DNA of 64,000 nt, taken from positions 13,020,001 through 13,084,000 of the forward strand of contig NC_091285.1 of the NCBI RefSeq assembly GCF_032444005.1, in the 5' to 3' direction. The stretch comes from Ranitomeya imitator (taxonomy: Eukaryota). The notes under the pieces are model-generated. The model was not told the DNA's origin. It ran no database searches and saw only the letters and a program-made list of their open reading frames with translations. How positions within the stretch are numbered: the first letter of the stretch is position 1; each line of letters opens with the position of its first letter. Of the stretch, positions 14,400 to 30,040 are shown piece after piece. The translations under genes were made by a program, and so were the position numbers.

Positions 14400-14835
14400 A
14401 CTTCACAAATTCTCAATCTGATTGAGGTCTGATGAATGGGCGGCCACTTCAAAATATCGTTGATCTGCTCTGTTTGAGGTTGTTGTCCTGCCGAAACAGC
14501 CATTTCAAGAGCATTTCTCCTTCAGCATAAGACAACAGGACCTCTTCCAGTATTTTGATATATTCAAACTGGTCCATAATTATGTGATAAATGGGCCCAA
14601 CTCCGCAGTATGAGAAACATCCCCAAACCATTCTGCTTGCACCTCCATGTTCTACAGTCTTCAGTGTACTTTGGCTTGAATTTTGTGTTTGTGTCGTCTC
14701 ACAAACTGTCTGTGGCTTTTAGACCCAGTACAAAACAATCTTGCTCTCATCTGTCCATAGAATGTTGCACCACTTTTCTTTAGGCCAGTCGATGTGTTCT
14801 TTGGCAAACTGTAACCTCTTCAAAATGTGTTTTTG
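14400..14835 (-). pseudogene. Tc1/mariner transposase remnant
   Basis: Fragments NILWTDE, MVWGCFSYCGVGP and FRQDN in broken frames. Confidence 0.75.
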
Positions 14836-15518
14836 TTTTTAAGCAGCAATGTAGGGCCGGCTCCAGGTTTTCGTGGGCCCTAGGCAGAAAAGTCTCAGTG
14901 GGCCCTTTCTCCCGCTCTTTGTTCTCCTCTGTGTAACAGGTGGTGCACACTGCTATATAGAGGGACAAAACATTATATGGCCGTATATGGGGCTATATGG
15001 AGGGTGTATGGTGCTATTTGGGCATAGACCGCATCATAGGGAGGAATACAGCACGATATGCAGTGTATGAGACATTAATACAGCACCATATGGGGTGTGA
15101 CACTCTATGGCGATATATAGCAGGATACATAGAAGGTATTCAGCACTATACAGTAATATATAACTTAAGTGTAAGGACATATACAGCACTATTTGGAGGG
15201 TATATAGCACTATATAGGGATATTTGGCACTATATGTGGAAAAAACACTATGTTCGTATACACATCAGTTAATAGCTATATGGAGGGATTTCAGCCTTAT
15301 ATGGATGTATACAGTGCAGCACTCCCCTACATCTCCCTCAATTCTGTTTATCAGCCTACCCGCTTGTTTCACTCTGCAAGTGACTTTTGACTCATATCCG
15401 TACTAATCCGTACCTCCCACTCCCAACTTCTCATGAGTTGCACTAATTTTCTGGAATGCTCTACCCCAAGAAATCAGGGATGATCACAAGTTATAGAGTT
15501 TAGACAATCCCTCGCGAC

Positions 15519-16963
15519 TAGTGTTGAGCGATACCGTCCGATACTTGAAAGTATCGGTATTGGATAGTATCGGCCGATACCCGAAAAGTATCGGATATCG
15601 CCGATACCGATACCCGATACCAATACAAGTCAATGGGACACCAAGTATCGGAAGGTATCCTGATGGTTCCCAGGGTCTGAAGGAGAGGAAACTCTCCTTC
15701 AGGCCCTGGGATCCATATTAATGTGTAAAATAAAGAATTAAAATAAAAAATATTGACATATTCACTTCTCCGGAGGCCCCTGGACATCACCGCGTTTAGG
15801 ACGTGAGAATGACGTCGCGGCTTGATTGGTCGCGTGCCGCTCATGTGACCGCCACGCGACCAATCAGAAGCCACGACATCATTCTCAGGTCCTAAATTCC
15901 TAGAATGAGGAGTTTAGGGCCTGAGAATGACGTCGCGGCTTGTGATTGGTCGCGTGGCGGTCACATGAGCGGCACGCGACCAATCAGAAGCCGTGACTGT
16001 GATGGGGTGTACGGCAGAGCAAGAAGGGACAACAGGCCGAGGGATGATTCAACAGATTTATTATCAAGAACGCTGGAACAACACATGCAGGTAGATCTTC
16101 AGAGTCCACAATTAGTCCAACGGAACATATTCGGGGGCACCTCCCGATAATCCTTGTGCCAGGTAACAAAGCAATAGTCCACAATTAGTCCAAGGGATCC
16201 CAAAACAATCTCACGAACGACGAGATATGTCCTCAGCTCAAGTCTCGCCCCGTTTGCTTCCGCAGTCCCAGATGGACGTGGGGTCTTGCCTCAGCTAAGA
16301 ATCCCCACTCCTTCTCCTTCAATGATCAACTCACATCTGATCTCAAAATAAGAATGGATTGTCTGAGCTCCTGGGATCCGCCCATGAAGGGGGGTAGGGG
16401 TCACACTTTCTATTCAATGGTTGGGTCCACCAGAAGATTCTAGACTGGTGGGCTCCACATAGTCTATGTAGTATGTACATTTGACTAGCCACCTGCTGTG
16501 AGGAAGAATGGCTATTCTTTCACTAGTGGTATTGACAAAGCTTAATCACATTATAGCTTAGGGCTGCAAGTATTGGGGAAGGAGACATACTGTTCCAGGT
16601 GAACTCCCAGCCCAAGAAAATACATAAATTACAGCTAATAGACACCAGAGAACAGTTACATACATCAAATGGCGTATTATTCAAATACAGGACAGGGCAA
16701 AAGTACAGATCATGACAGTGACGTCATGGAACTCCCTAAACGCGCTCATTTTAAACAAAGAAGGCTGCCGGTTACAAGCGGTGATGTCCAGGGGCCTCCG
16801 GAGAGGTGAATATATCAATATTTTTTATTTTAATTCTTTATTTTACACATTAATATGGATCCGATACCGATTTCCGATACCACAAAAGTATCGGAACTCG
16901 GTACCGGAATTCCGATACCGCAAGTATCGGCCGATACTTGCGGTATCGGAATGCTCAACACTA
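15519..16963. mobile_element. Non-autonomous hAT (TAGTGTTGAGC family)
   Basis: TIRs and perfect 8-bp TSD CTCGCGAC. Confidence 0.93.
15998..16717 (-). mobile_element. Solo LTR (720 bp) nested in the hAT
   Basis: TG...CA ends, 5-bp TSD GTGAC, AATAAA on the minus strand near 16058. Confidence 0.8.
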
Positions 16964-17974
16964 CTCGCGACCTATCACGTTCCCTAATCAAAGTTCTTTT
17001 TATACTTATATAGTCCATTCTCTACCTCTGATAACTAGTAAACTCCACAGCTCAAGCATCCTTTATCCCCATTCCCTCAAGATGGCTGGACCATCATTGT
17101 AAATAAGCCCCTGTACTTTATCTCCCCACCACCTCATTGTTGATTGTAAGCTCTCATGTGCAGGATCGTCATTATTTAGCTTTAATTATTGTATTATTTT
17201 TCACATTGTTACTTACGACTGTCGTATATGAGCTATTACATTGTAACGTGTTGCAGAATATGTTGGCGCTATATAACTAAACATTATATGGCACAATTTG
17301 GAGGTTATGAAGCACTACGCTGATTTATACCGAACTATATTTTGGTATATAGCACAATATTGGGGTACACAGCACTATATGGGAGTACATGACATGGCAG
17401 TGAGATTGTTGGTTATATGACATTTTAGCTTAATGATGGAAGGTTGTGATTCCTGTGACCCCTAATGTGGACATTGCCCCCCACACTCTGCACACACTGG
17501 ATCTATCTATCTATATATATCTATCTATAAATCTATCTATATATATATCTATTATTATTTATTGTTATAGCGCCATTTATTCCATGGCGTTTTACATGTG
17601 AGGAGGGGTATACATGATAAAAACAAGTACAATAATCTTAAACAATACAAGTCATAACTGGTACAGAAGGAGAGAGGACCCTGCCCGCGAGGGCTCACAA
17701 TCTACAAGGGATGGGTGAGGATACAGTAGGTGAGTATCTATATCTATCTCTCCATCTCTATCTATATCTATCTATATCTCTATCTGTACATAAATAATAA
17801 ATAAATCACCTATTTTTTCTATTAGAGTGCTGCCTTCATTTTTCTGGACAATAGCATGAGGTTTGGTATATACCTGGAAGGGCTCACAATCTACAAGGGA
17901 CGGGTGAGGATACTGTAGGTAAGTATCTATATCTATATATAGCTATCTATCTATATATAGCTATCTCTATCTCT

Positions 17975-18025
17975 CTGCCCTGTCCTTCCACAAAGGCTCT
18001 TTGCAGAGTCACCACCCTACAGAAC
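17975..18025 (+). other. Orphan histone-type 3' UTR and stem-loop
   Basis: CACAAA-GGCTCT-TTGC-AGAGTC-ACCA (17995-18010) with no coding sequence upstream. Confidence 0.65.
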
Positions 18026-18714
18026 AATGAATGTAAAATTCCCATATTAAAGCTGATAGTTTCTCCTCAGTGTAATAAGTGGTGCACAGCGCTAAATGAA
18101 GGGAAACAACATCTTATAGAGCTATATGACCGTATTCAGCACTATATAGGAGGTACATCGCAATCGCACTACATGGTGGCATAACACAATATGGGGTGTG
18201 TATATATTTGGATATCCCCCCCCCCATACACCACAATTAATGCACAGTCCTCACATCACATGTGGCAGCACATAGGGTCATACTGCAGTGCACTAGTGCT
18301 GCCACCAGGAGCAGCATCTGCCCACAATACTCATCTAATGCACAGTGCCCATCACAGGTCATAACTATGAACGTGTTACCTTACTGCATGTTTATTACTC
18401 ACACCTTAGACTACAGGACCTGGAGGTTGGGGGAGAGGAGGGTGTAAGACCTGATACCAGACCAGTAAGTGCCAGTTCACAGCAGATTATAAACCATCAT
18501 CAGTCCCACTGTGCCAACCCAATAGTGACAGGATTATACCCACTGCATCTACACTACAGCTCTTGTATACTGATGTTATACAGAGAATCAGCCACATAAC
18601 AGATCTGTATGCACAGAACATCACAGCAGAGATCAGCGGCTTCAGCTCTTGTGACGGTGTGGGTGGCTCTTAGAAGAGCCTTTGGGTTGTGTAGATAGAA
18701 GGGATCAGTGTCGC

Positions 18715-19188
<474 letters not shown>

Positions 19189-19381
19189 TTATAACCTACT
19201 ACTGCCCCGCCTCCTCTCCTGCCATTGGCTGAATCTTAAGTCACTAATGCAAACAAGGCTTGTCGAAACACCAATGAGCTGCAGTGGGCGAACATCATAA
19301 CGCTTACATTGGTCACATGACTTTCTCATCCAATAGAACAGCGATCTGACAGCATTGCTCATTTGCATGGCCGGTCTATAA

Positions 19382-19831
<450 letters not shown>

Positions 19832-19949
19832 TCTGCTCCGTGCTCTGCACCCACAACCCAAAGGCTCTTCTAAGAGCCACCCACCCTGTCTACATCAGAG
19901 CTGTGGCTGCACTGGCTGGGTCTGTGTCCTGCTGCACTGACCGGCATTG

Positions 19950-20580
19950 AAAGGGATGATTTGCAAAATATGTTTTAGAAAGTAATTTAATTACCGACCA
20001 CCAGTATGGAATCCTGAAAAATGTCTCAACCCAAATGTTGGGTGTCTAGAAGGTAAGTGCCAATCTGGATATTTGTAATGCGGCCAATGTGATATGTGGA
20101 TTGATTATACTAAACCACACAACAGCCTTATACCGACGCTCCAGAACCTGGGAATATAGAATATATACACTATATGCAGATGGGAGAACTGGCTAAAAAA
20201 CAGGGAACTGGTGTAAATAGTTTTTTTTTTTATAACAAACAATGGCCTTGTGGATGGGACTGAGTAAAGTGTCAGCCTTTGCTATTGACACCACTATGCA
20301 GGATAATAAACTGACCTCGATATTACAATGCCATTACAAGCCTACAGCCTGCAGTGATCCTCAACCTACTGAACGGCCGCACAGCCAGCTCTTCCCTCTC
20401 CTAGTGTATCCTCACCCACCCCCTGCAGACTGTGAGCCCTCGCGGGCAGGGTCCTCCCTCCTCATGTACTCGTGTGCCTTGTTATCTGCTCATGTTTAAT
20501 GTATTTGTCTATATTTGCCCCGTATTCACATGTAAAGCGCCATGGAATAAATGGCGCTATAAAAATGTATAATAATAAAA
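19950..20580 (+). mobile_element. CR1 remnant followed by an L2-type 3' end
   Basis: Paralogous to 29620-29760; 20430-20580 is nearly identical to 33045-33200 (GCGCTAT...AATAATAA tail). Confidence 0.55.
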
Positions 20581-21445
20581 TAATTATTATACATTTCTAT
20601 AGCCGCATTTATTCCATGGCGCTTTACATGTGAAAGGGGCGAATATAGACAAATACAATAGACCTGAGTAACACAAGGCGCACAGGAGCACAGAGGGAGG
20701 GAGGACCCGGCCTTATTTATAGAGGGGAAACATCTACAATACGGAATCCAGTTTGCGGCACATTATAAAAATCAAATAAAAAAAAAAAAGCGGCAACACC
20801 TCCCGCTGTCACCTTCCACTGATCCCAGAGCGCTGGGCCCTAGTGCCGCCAGACTCCAGTGGTCTCCTGGTAATAGGCGCAGATGAGCTGTTAACTCTTT
20901 CAGCGCTTAGCGATATTTTCAGCAGTTTCTCATTGTTCTGTTCAAAATGTTCTAATGAAATAACGCAGCGGTCACTCCCCGGACCACAGGCTCCTGATCA
21001 ATGATGAGCTCACAATCACTGATCTATGTCTGGGTCTGAATCCCACTGGTTTATCGCAGCCGGAGCTACAAGAGCAAAGCACAGTACGGAGGGTGTATAG
21101 CGCTATACAGGGGTATAATATGGATTTATACAGCACTATATGGGGGTATATAGCACTATATGGAGTATACAGCAGGATATGGGGGTATAAAGGAGGAGAT
21201 GCAGCACAATAGAAGGGTATACAGCAAGATATGGAGGTTATACGGCAATATATGGGGTATAAAGGAGGATATGAAGGGTACATAGCATTATATTATGAAG
21301 TATACAGCAGGATATGGAGGGTATAAAGGAGGCTATGGAGGAGATACAGCACAATATAGCGGTATACAACAAGATATGGAGGTTATACGGCAATATATTG
21401 GGGTATACAGTAGGATATGGGGTATACACATATAGTTCTGTATCT

Positions 21446-21862
21446 GTGATTTCTCGGTCTCACGCCGCCATTGTTCCGAGCAGGAGGTCACCGGGGAGGA
21501 CTCAGGTCTGTGACTAGATGTAACGTCCTCGCGATAAAAGCGGGAAAATGACAGGAAAAAGTGCGGGAAATTCAAAATCCCCAACAGTTCTGTGCTCCGC
21601 CCACATGTGAGGAGAAGCCGCGGCTCCTGCTGCTGGGGGAGGGGCTGGTGATCGCCCGGTGCCCGGATGGCTGCAGTCTGCTCTGCGGGAGCTGGAAACA
21701 TCGGATACTAAAGGGTTAACACCAAGCGTCTGCGGGGAAGTGACCCTGTGGGCGGAGCCATAGCCCTACTGAGTGCTGATTGGCTGAGCGCTGAATATGA
21801 AATTCCCGCCCAACGGCTGATAGTTTCTCCCGCTCTTTGTTCTCCTCAGTAACACGTGGTGC
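21446..21862 (+). other. H4-ghost element 2
   Basis: Includes CCGAGCAGGAGGTCAC shared with H4 upstream; same junction (~21596). Confidence 0.78.
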
Positions 21863-22749
21863 AGAGCGCTGTATGGAGGGAGGGAAATGATATATGGCCG
21901 TATACAGCACTATATGGAGGGTGTATGGTACTATTTGGGCATAGACCGCGTCACATGGAGGAATACAGCACGATATGCAGTGTATGAGGCATTATATCCT
22001 GGCACACAGCACTATATGGGGTGTGACACTATCTGGCGATATATAGCACCATAGATGAGGTATTCAGCACTATATGGCCATATACAGCACAATATTAATG
22101 CTGAGGGCGGACACAGCGCTATTTCCAGGGTATATAGGGATATTCTTCACTATATGTGGACATAGTCATAGAGAAGGGGGAATGGGAGAGAGTCCGCTCA
22201 CCCCAGTGGCAGCACGGAGAAGCCTGGAACCAGCAGAGGCAAAACAGAGGAACGAAAATCCAGTGAGGCCGGAGGTACAGTATGTACAATAAAATCCACA
22301 TGTATGATAGAAAGATGAATGAGAAGTGCCCGACAGATCCAGTGTGACCGAGTCCTGCGCCTTCCAGCTCTTCGGGGCCTCAGTCAGGTCACTTATCTTG
22401 GGTCTCAGTCACACTGGATCTGTCGGGCACTTTTAATACAATTTTCTACAATAAATTTGGATGTTATCGTACATAGCTGCTGCCTCGATGGTTTTTCGTT
22501 CTATATGTGGGAAAAACACTATTTTGATGTACACATCAGTATATGGAGGGTTTCAGCACTATACGTATGTATACGGCACAATGTGGAGAGTATAAAACAC
22601 TACACGGACGTATACAGAACTATATGTTGGTATATAGCCCAATACTGAGGTTCAGAGCAGTATACGAGCTGATAGAGCACTATATGGAGATATGTGCAGT
22701 ATATGATCTATAGCTAGACCACTATATGGAGCTGTGATACAGACAAGGA

Positions 22750-22840
22750 GCCTCACCTAAGAAATAAGCAGCAGCTGCCCCGTCCTTCTCCCACAAAGGC
22801 TTTATTTCATAGCCACCACCTTGTCCCGGCAGAGCTGTGT
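22750..22840 (+). pseudogene. Orphan histone 3' end (PKK-stop, 3' UTR, degenerate stem-loop, HDE); possible H1 remnant
   Basis: CCTAAGAAATAA..CACAAA-GGCTTTATTTCATAGCC-ACCA..CAGAGCTGT; 3' UTR matches 17975-18015. Confidence 0.5.
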
Positions 22841-23659
22841 GATCAGTGTCCGAGTCCCCCCACCGATCCCATCAGCACCATTGTAGTTTTTATAATAATA
22901 ATATTTTTTATTTATATAGCGCCAACATATTCCGCAGCACTTTACAATAAGCGGGGACATGTACAGACAATAAATTCAGTATAAGTTAAGACAATTTAAA
23001 CCAGTGCCATTAGGGGTGAGGTCCCTGCTCGCAAGCTGACAATCTACAAGGAAATGGGGGGACACAATAGGTGAAAAGTGCTCGTTATTTCAGATCTGGC
23101 AATTATAATAAACAGGGATTTTCATATAAAGCTGCATGATCCGGTCATCAGCCCGTGTGTTTAAGTGCAGTAGTCAAGTATCAAGTGCAGTTATGTGCAT
23201 GGAGGGTGTGGAGACAGATGAATAGTAGGGGGCAGATTATAGGTTTTTACTGTAAACGATAACTATAACTCTGTACGTAACCCCCTTTCTCATGTACAGC
23301 ACCATGGAATTATTGGTGCTATATAAATAAATAATAATATTAGGGCAGAGCATTCGTGTTACTGACAGGTGAGCATTTCCCTGTCACATCCTATGTCTAG
23401 ATGTGGGGCGCTATGTGAGGATTGGGGGGATCTAGGGTGATGATGAGGGGGCTCCACTATACAGCGCAGTGTACGGGGATATGGAAGTACAGCGCCATCA
23501 GAGGCCGCTGCTGCAGAAGCCTCGTGTAGACATGATGTGACCCTTCCTGCATTATCGCAGCCTGTGACCAGTGTGGGAACCGTGGAGACCCAGCAGCACT
23601 TCATGGAGGAGGGAACAAGGAGATTTCTGGGAGTTCTGCTGACTGAGCTTCTCCTGCAT

Positions 23660-24211
<552 letters not shown>

Positions 24212-24544
24212 ATCTGTCCCGGGCACCAAAGACAACACAACGGCTCTTCTCAGAGCCACCAAATCCTCCCACTAAGGAGCCAATTCCTAAACTTTCCAGA
24301 TCTTTTATTTTCTTTTGTTTGCGAGATTCACTGCTGGTAATCAAATTTTAGTTTATAATTTATCATATGCCTAAAGAGCAAAAAGGGTTAATGTAACATG
24401 AATATAAAGTGCAGAGATGCAATTATCTTATGAAATCTTTCTAGATGCAGTTACCCAGGGACTTGTTATTTAGCGCTCCTCACTTTGTCCTGACGCCTCA
24501 TGGCACATGAATAAAGGGGTTACTGCTTAACTCTAATCTGACAC

Positions 24545-24655
24545 TGCCTGTGGGCGGAGCCATGGTGCTGATTGGCTGAGCACTGAATTTGAAATTCCCA
24601 CACTATGGCTGATAGTTTCTCCCTCTTTGTTCTCAGTGTAACACATGGCGGCTCT
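24545..24655. promoter_or_regulatory. Stand-alone GC-box/CCAAT/CHR-E2F module downstream of H3
   Basis: CCTGTGGGCGGAGCCAT..GCTGATTGGCTGAGC..TTTGAAATTCCC..CTCTTTGTTCTC, matching the ghost 3' module. Confidence 0.6.
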
Positions 24656-25057
24656 CGGGCTGTAAGTGAATATGTAATATATTCAGCACTAAAGCACGGT
24701 GCACTACACTATTTGGGGGCTAAACTGCATCATATTGCTGTAGAGATCTATATGGAGGTATATAGTAATAGAGTAATTAGCATAGAAAGTTTTATACGGG
24801 GGTATAACACAAATTGTATTTATATAGCACTAACATATTTAGCAGCACTTTACAGAGTAAAAGTTCCAGGCGTGCAGTCCTGCTCACAATCTATAAGGAA
24901 ATAGGATACAATAAGTAGAACGTGCTCATCATGTGCAGTCCGGCCATCATAATAAATTGGGTTTTTCATATAAAGCTGCATGATCCGGTAATCAATCAGT
25001 ATCTGCAACTACAGTTACCAAGTGCTATTGGGTATATGGAGACCAATAAGAGGGACT

Positions 25058-25966
25058 TGTGGCACCCCAGGAGTTCGGGTACCACAGTATTGTTGCCTTC
25101 CTCTCGGGTAGTGTAGTGCTTTGCCTGGAGACAAGAGGGATCCTTTTGGCAGGTAATCTCACACACAGCACCTTCTGAATCCAGGCCAGGAGGGGGAGCT
25201 CAAAACCCGCTTTTAGGGCAGCTTCCCTGAATAAAGAGTCAGTTCAGTCTGGAGCAAACAGGAAAGGAGCAGAGGAGAGATTGAGGGCTCAAGGAGGCCC
25301 CTAAGAGAGCGCAGAAACCAGGCATCGGGAGCCCAAGGTTGTGGATAGCCGTAAGGTCCACAGCAGACCCGGAGGCCATAGGACTATAAGTATACTTCCC
25401 CTACCATACCTGAGGCAAAGCAGCAGACAGCCTGGAGTCACCGTGTCAGAGACCCCCAAGAGTACAGCTCAAGCTGCCTGCCGTGCAGGTTCTGTCCCAG
25501 GACAGGAGAAAGAAAGGAGGTTTGCCAGCAAACCACAGGTAGCAAGGTACTAGAAACCCAGCATAGAGGAAGGCTCCCAACCTGACCTGCTAAGGGGACC
25601 CCTTCTGTACCTGTTGCCGGTACCCTAGACTGAGGCCTACTACAACTCCAGTAAACCAGGTAAAGACTGCAACCCACCATCCCTGCCATACACCTTGGGA
25701 GCCCTGGGGACCCCACTTCACCTATGGGAAGCGTCACCATCTTGCTGCAACACCACCCCTTTAAAAGAACCCCTTTAAGCAGCGTTGGTCCCCTCTGACC
25801 GAAAGCCAAAGGTGGCTTCACAAATAGACTTTATTAAACCCTTTAAAGACTTTCCCCTTTTTGTTGAGTCCCAGGGCCACGGATCGGGTCACAGACACTG
25901 TGACATCCCCTTTAAGAGCAACTGGACCTGGTACCGAGTATCCCCATTGCCCTGGTGGGCGACTCA
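25058..25966. mobile_element. Solo LTR (909 bp), probably Gypsy-type
   Basis: TGTGGCACCC...GGGCGACTCA ends with 4-bp TSD GACT. Confidence 0.8.
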
Positions 25967-26625
25967 GACTAAGGAAAAATTAGAAAAGGGAGGGCAGAGT
26001 TAGATTAATTAAATATTATGCCTGTATAAAGAGATATTGGCAAATCACATAATTCTGAGTAGTGCATTCCAGGAAACTGGCACAGCACAAGAGAAGTCCT
26101 GGATAACAGTGGGAGATTCGGATTATGGAGGATATTAACATTAAAACAGAGCAGGAGTAGGGTGAAAAGGTAGACAGCTTTATATGGAGGGGTAGAGGGC
26201 ACTATATCAGGTGTTCCACACTCTGATTTTATTCACAATGGATTGCATCAGGTCAGTCAGTGAAAAATATGATTAAGAAGGAGAGAACATCAGGTTAGAA
26301 ACGTACAATATTCCTCCTCCTCAGATCATATTCTCACTCATGAACAAGGTTTAATCCACTTTGAATAAACAATTTTGAATCTCAGTACTTCTCAGATTGC
26401 TGGAACATTAATCTGTGGGTCGCTTCTGTTTCTCCCGTGGCTGCTGATGGCAAATGTGAGGTGAACTGATTTTTTTTCTACCACTAGATTATTGTTGTGT
26501 ACTCACCATAGAAGAAGAATGTATAAAACCATATGGGCATATATAGCACTACAAGATGGAGGCTCGATTCTATCGCATCGGGAGGGCTGTAGTGTCACGA
26601 TGAGGGCAGGCATGCGGCGCTATTG

Positions 26626-26829
26626 TTACCTAATGGCATCTTGTGATGATAATCTAATGACTTTTGCATCAGGGGACTCATGTGCTTGGCATCTATGCTT
26701 ATATGCATTGTTTTTGTCCCATTGATGCTCTTGCACTTCAAGAGTCTCATTTGCCCTTTGTTGTCTTCGACGTTGTGCCTTTGCTGCTTTCCTTTCATTG
26801 TCATTGGCGCACTTTTTAGGAGGAGCCAT
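26626..26829 (-). pseudogene. Possible Helitron N-terminal fragment
   Basis: MAPPKK..ERKAAKAQRRRQQRANET charged leader resembles Helitron Rep N-termini; no catalytic motif visible. Confidence 0.35.
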
Positions 26830-26854
26830 GTTGCCGTTGGTATTTGCTTTTCAA

Positions 26855-27177
26855 AGGGGTTTTCCAACTAACAAAAGTTCATTTGAAAAATTGTGTCTGA
26901 CTGTGTACTGAACATACCACAGCTCCTGGGCAGGGGAGGAAGCAAAAGACAATACTGACATTACAGCAGGAGATCGCCGGGGATACATTTTGTGAGGTAA
27001 AATATTTTTTAAAAAGTCAGTGAAATATTTTACCTCACAAAATGAATCCTCTGTGATCCCCTGCTGTAATGTCAGTATTGTCGTTTGCTTCCTCCCCTGC
27101 CCAGGAGATGTGTTATGCTCCGTACACGGTCAGACAGACAATTTTTAAAATTAACTTTAGTTCGTGGGAAAACTCCT
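26855..27177. mobile_element. Kolobok/T2-type MITE
   Basis: AGGGGTTTTCC / GGAAAACTCCT termini, TCAA/TTAA flanks, internal palindrome. Confidence 0.75.
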
Positions 27178-27319
27178 TTAATGTGACCGGCTTCCTCTGC
27201 CTGTAGACACGTCGCGCATCTGCTGCCGGTATCAGCAGAATGATTCGCATAATTCGCGCAGGTGCAGTAAATCAGACCGCTGCCATCTTTGTGCAAACAG
27301 ATAGTGGCGGTCACATTAA

Positions 27320-27574
27320 GGCTATGTGCACACGTTCAGGATTTTTTTGCAGAAAGTTCTGCAAGAAATCCGCATGTTTTTTTGTGGATTTTCCAATGCA
27401 ATAATATAGTGGGAAATCCGCAAAATTAATGAACATGCTGCGTTTTTTTCACGGAAAAAAATGCATCATTTGCACAAAAATTGCAGAATGCATTCTAAAT
27501 GATGAGATGCATAATGTATGCGTTTTTATAGCGAAAAAACGCAAAAAAAAAATCTGCTACGTGTGCACACAGCC
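27320..27574. mobile_element. PIF/Harbinger-type MITE
   Basis: GGCT(A/G)TGTGCACACGT TIRs, TAA TSD on both sides. Confidence 0.85.
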
Positions 27575-28378
27575 TAAATTTGCGCATGCGCTCCTCCTGT
27601 ACAAAGATGGCAGCAGTCAGTGAATCATTTGGTAGATCCTGGCGGTGGCATGTTTGCAACGGTGTTCCGCTGGTGGTACCATGCAACTGGCTGCGTGAGT
27701 GTGTGGTGCGACAGTTTTCCACTGGTGGTATCAGGCAATAGGTTGGTACCAGCAGCAGTTTACCTATTGAGGCACAGGAACATCATGGGGATCGTCCCTG
27801 GAAACATTTCTGACTCCAAGGTCACAGCTGCGCATTGTGAATAATTTTCCTACGGCTGTCCTGCGGGCAGGGGTCCTAGTGGCATAGGGAGGTCTGGCGA
27901 TGACCCGCTGGTGGTACTGCGCAAGGGCCTGGTACTACCAGTGGGTGCCATATTGGAATAGTACCCATCACTTGGCTATTCCAATATGGCGGTCGGCGTG
28001 GTGGATTGTGGGATTTCTCCAGACAGAAGTGGATGACAATTTAAGGTAATTATATAGATAGATATGGGACGTATTCAACAAAATGTATGGACAGATGATA
28101 TACAGTACTATATGGGGGATATTCCTTAGAATATTGATGGTATACAGCAGTATTTTGTAGTTTACAGCTTTTCATGGGCAGAGGGTGCAAGCTTTAAGCA
28201 CAATATGGAATGTTTACTTAAAAAAATCCCATCGCTATCTGTTGGCATCATCTACATTAGTATTTGTAAAAAAAAAAAAAATCACAGCAGAGATCAGCAG
28301 CGTCAGCTCTAGTGGTGACGGTGTGGGTGGCTCTTAGAAGAGCCTTTGTGTTGTGTGGATAGATGGGATCAGTGTCGC

Positions 28379-28777
<399 letters not shown>

Positions 28778-29073
28778 TTATCAGCAGATAGAGAACTCTA
28801 TTGTGTGGTGAGTATGCCGCCTCCTGCGCCTTTTATAACCTGCTGCTGCCCCGCCTCCTCTCCTGCCATTGGCTGAATGTGAAGCCACTAATGCAAACAA
28901 GACTTGTGGAAACACCAATGAGCTGCAGAGGGCGGAGATCATGACGCTTACATTGGTCACATGACATTCTCATCCAATAGAACAGTGATCTGACAGCATT
29001 GCTCATTTGCATGGCCGGTCTATAAATACGGCCGCTCTGGGAGGAGCAGGATCATTATTTTCTTTTCCAGTGA

Positions 29074-29475
<402 letters not shown>

Positions 29476-29619
29476 TCTGCTCCGTGCTCTGCACCCACAA
29501 CCCAAAGGCTCTTCTAAGAGCCACCCACCCCGTCTACATCAGAGCTGTGGCTGCGTGCCTGTGTCCTGCTGGCACTGACCGGCATTTTAAGGGATGACCT
29601 GTAAAATATATTGTAGAAA

Positions 29620-30040
29620 TTGACTACCAGCATGTTGGATTTCTATGTGAAGGTAAGTGCTATTCTAGATGTTGGTCATGGGGCTTATGTGATTTAGCTG
29701 GACTTTGCAAAGGCATCCGATACTGAACCACACAACAGCCTTGTACAGAAGCAGGGACTAGGAACATTGCAGATGGAAGTAGAACTGGTTGTAAATGGTG
29801 CATCCTCTAAATATGATCTGTACCAGGAGCACTGGGGATTGCAAGGATCTGGAAGGACCAATTCTCATTACTCTTTCCCATCCAGAAGGTCATTAAGAGA
29901 TTAAAGCTTAAGCCAACAGAACAGGAGAAGGACTTGGGTGTTCCAGTTACAAGTAATGTGAACTGCAGTACTTGGTGTCAGGCAGCAGCTGCAGAAGGAA
30001 ACAAGATTTTAAGTTTGAGGTTCCATATTATAAAAATATT
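29620..30040 (+). mobile_element. CR1 LINE reverse-transcriptase remnant
   Basis: Degenerate LDFAKAFD- and EKDLGV-like coding stretches. Confidence 0.65.

Larger units (their letters stand above)
15330..17290 (+). mobile_element. L2-like LINE 3' fragment interrupted by a hAT
   Basis: L2-like 3' end ending GTTGGCGCTATATAA; resumes after the TSD at 16971; family call from memory. Confidence 0.55.
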
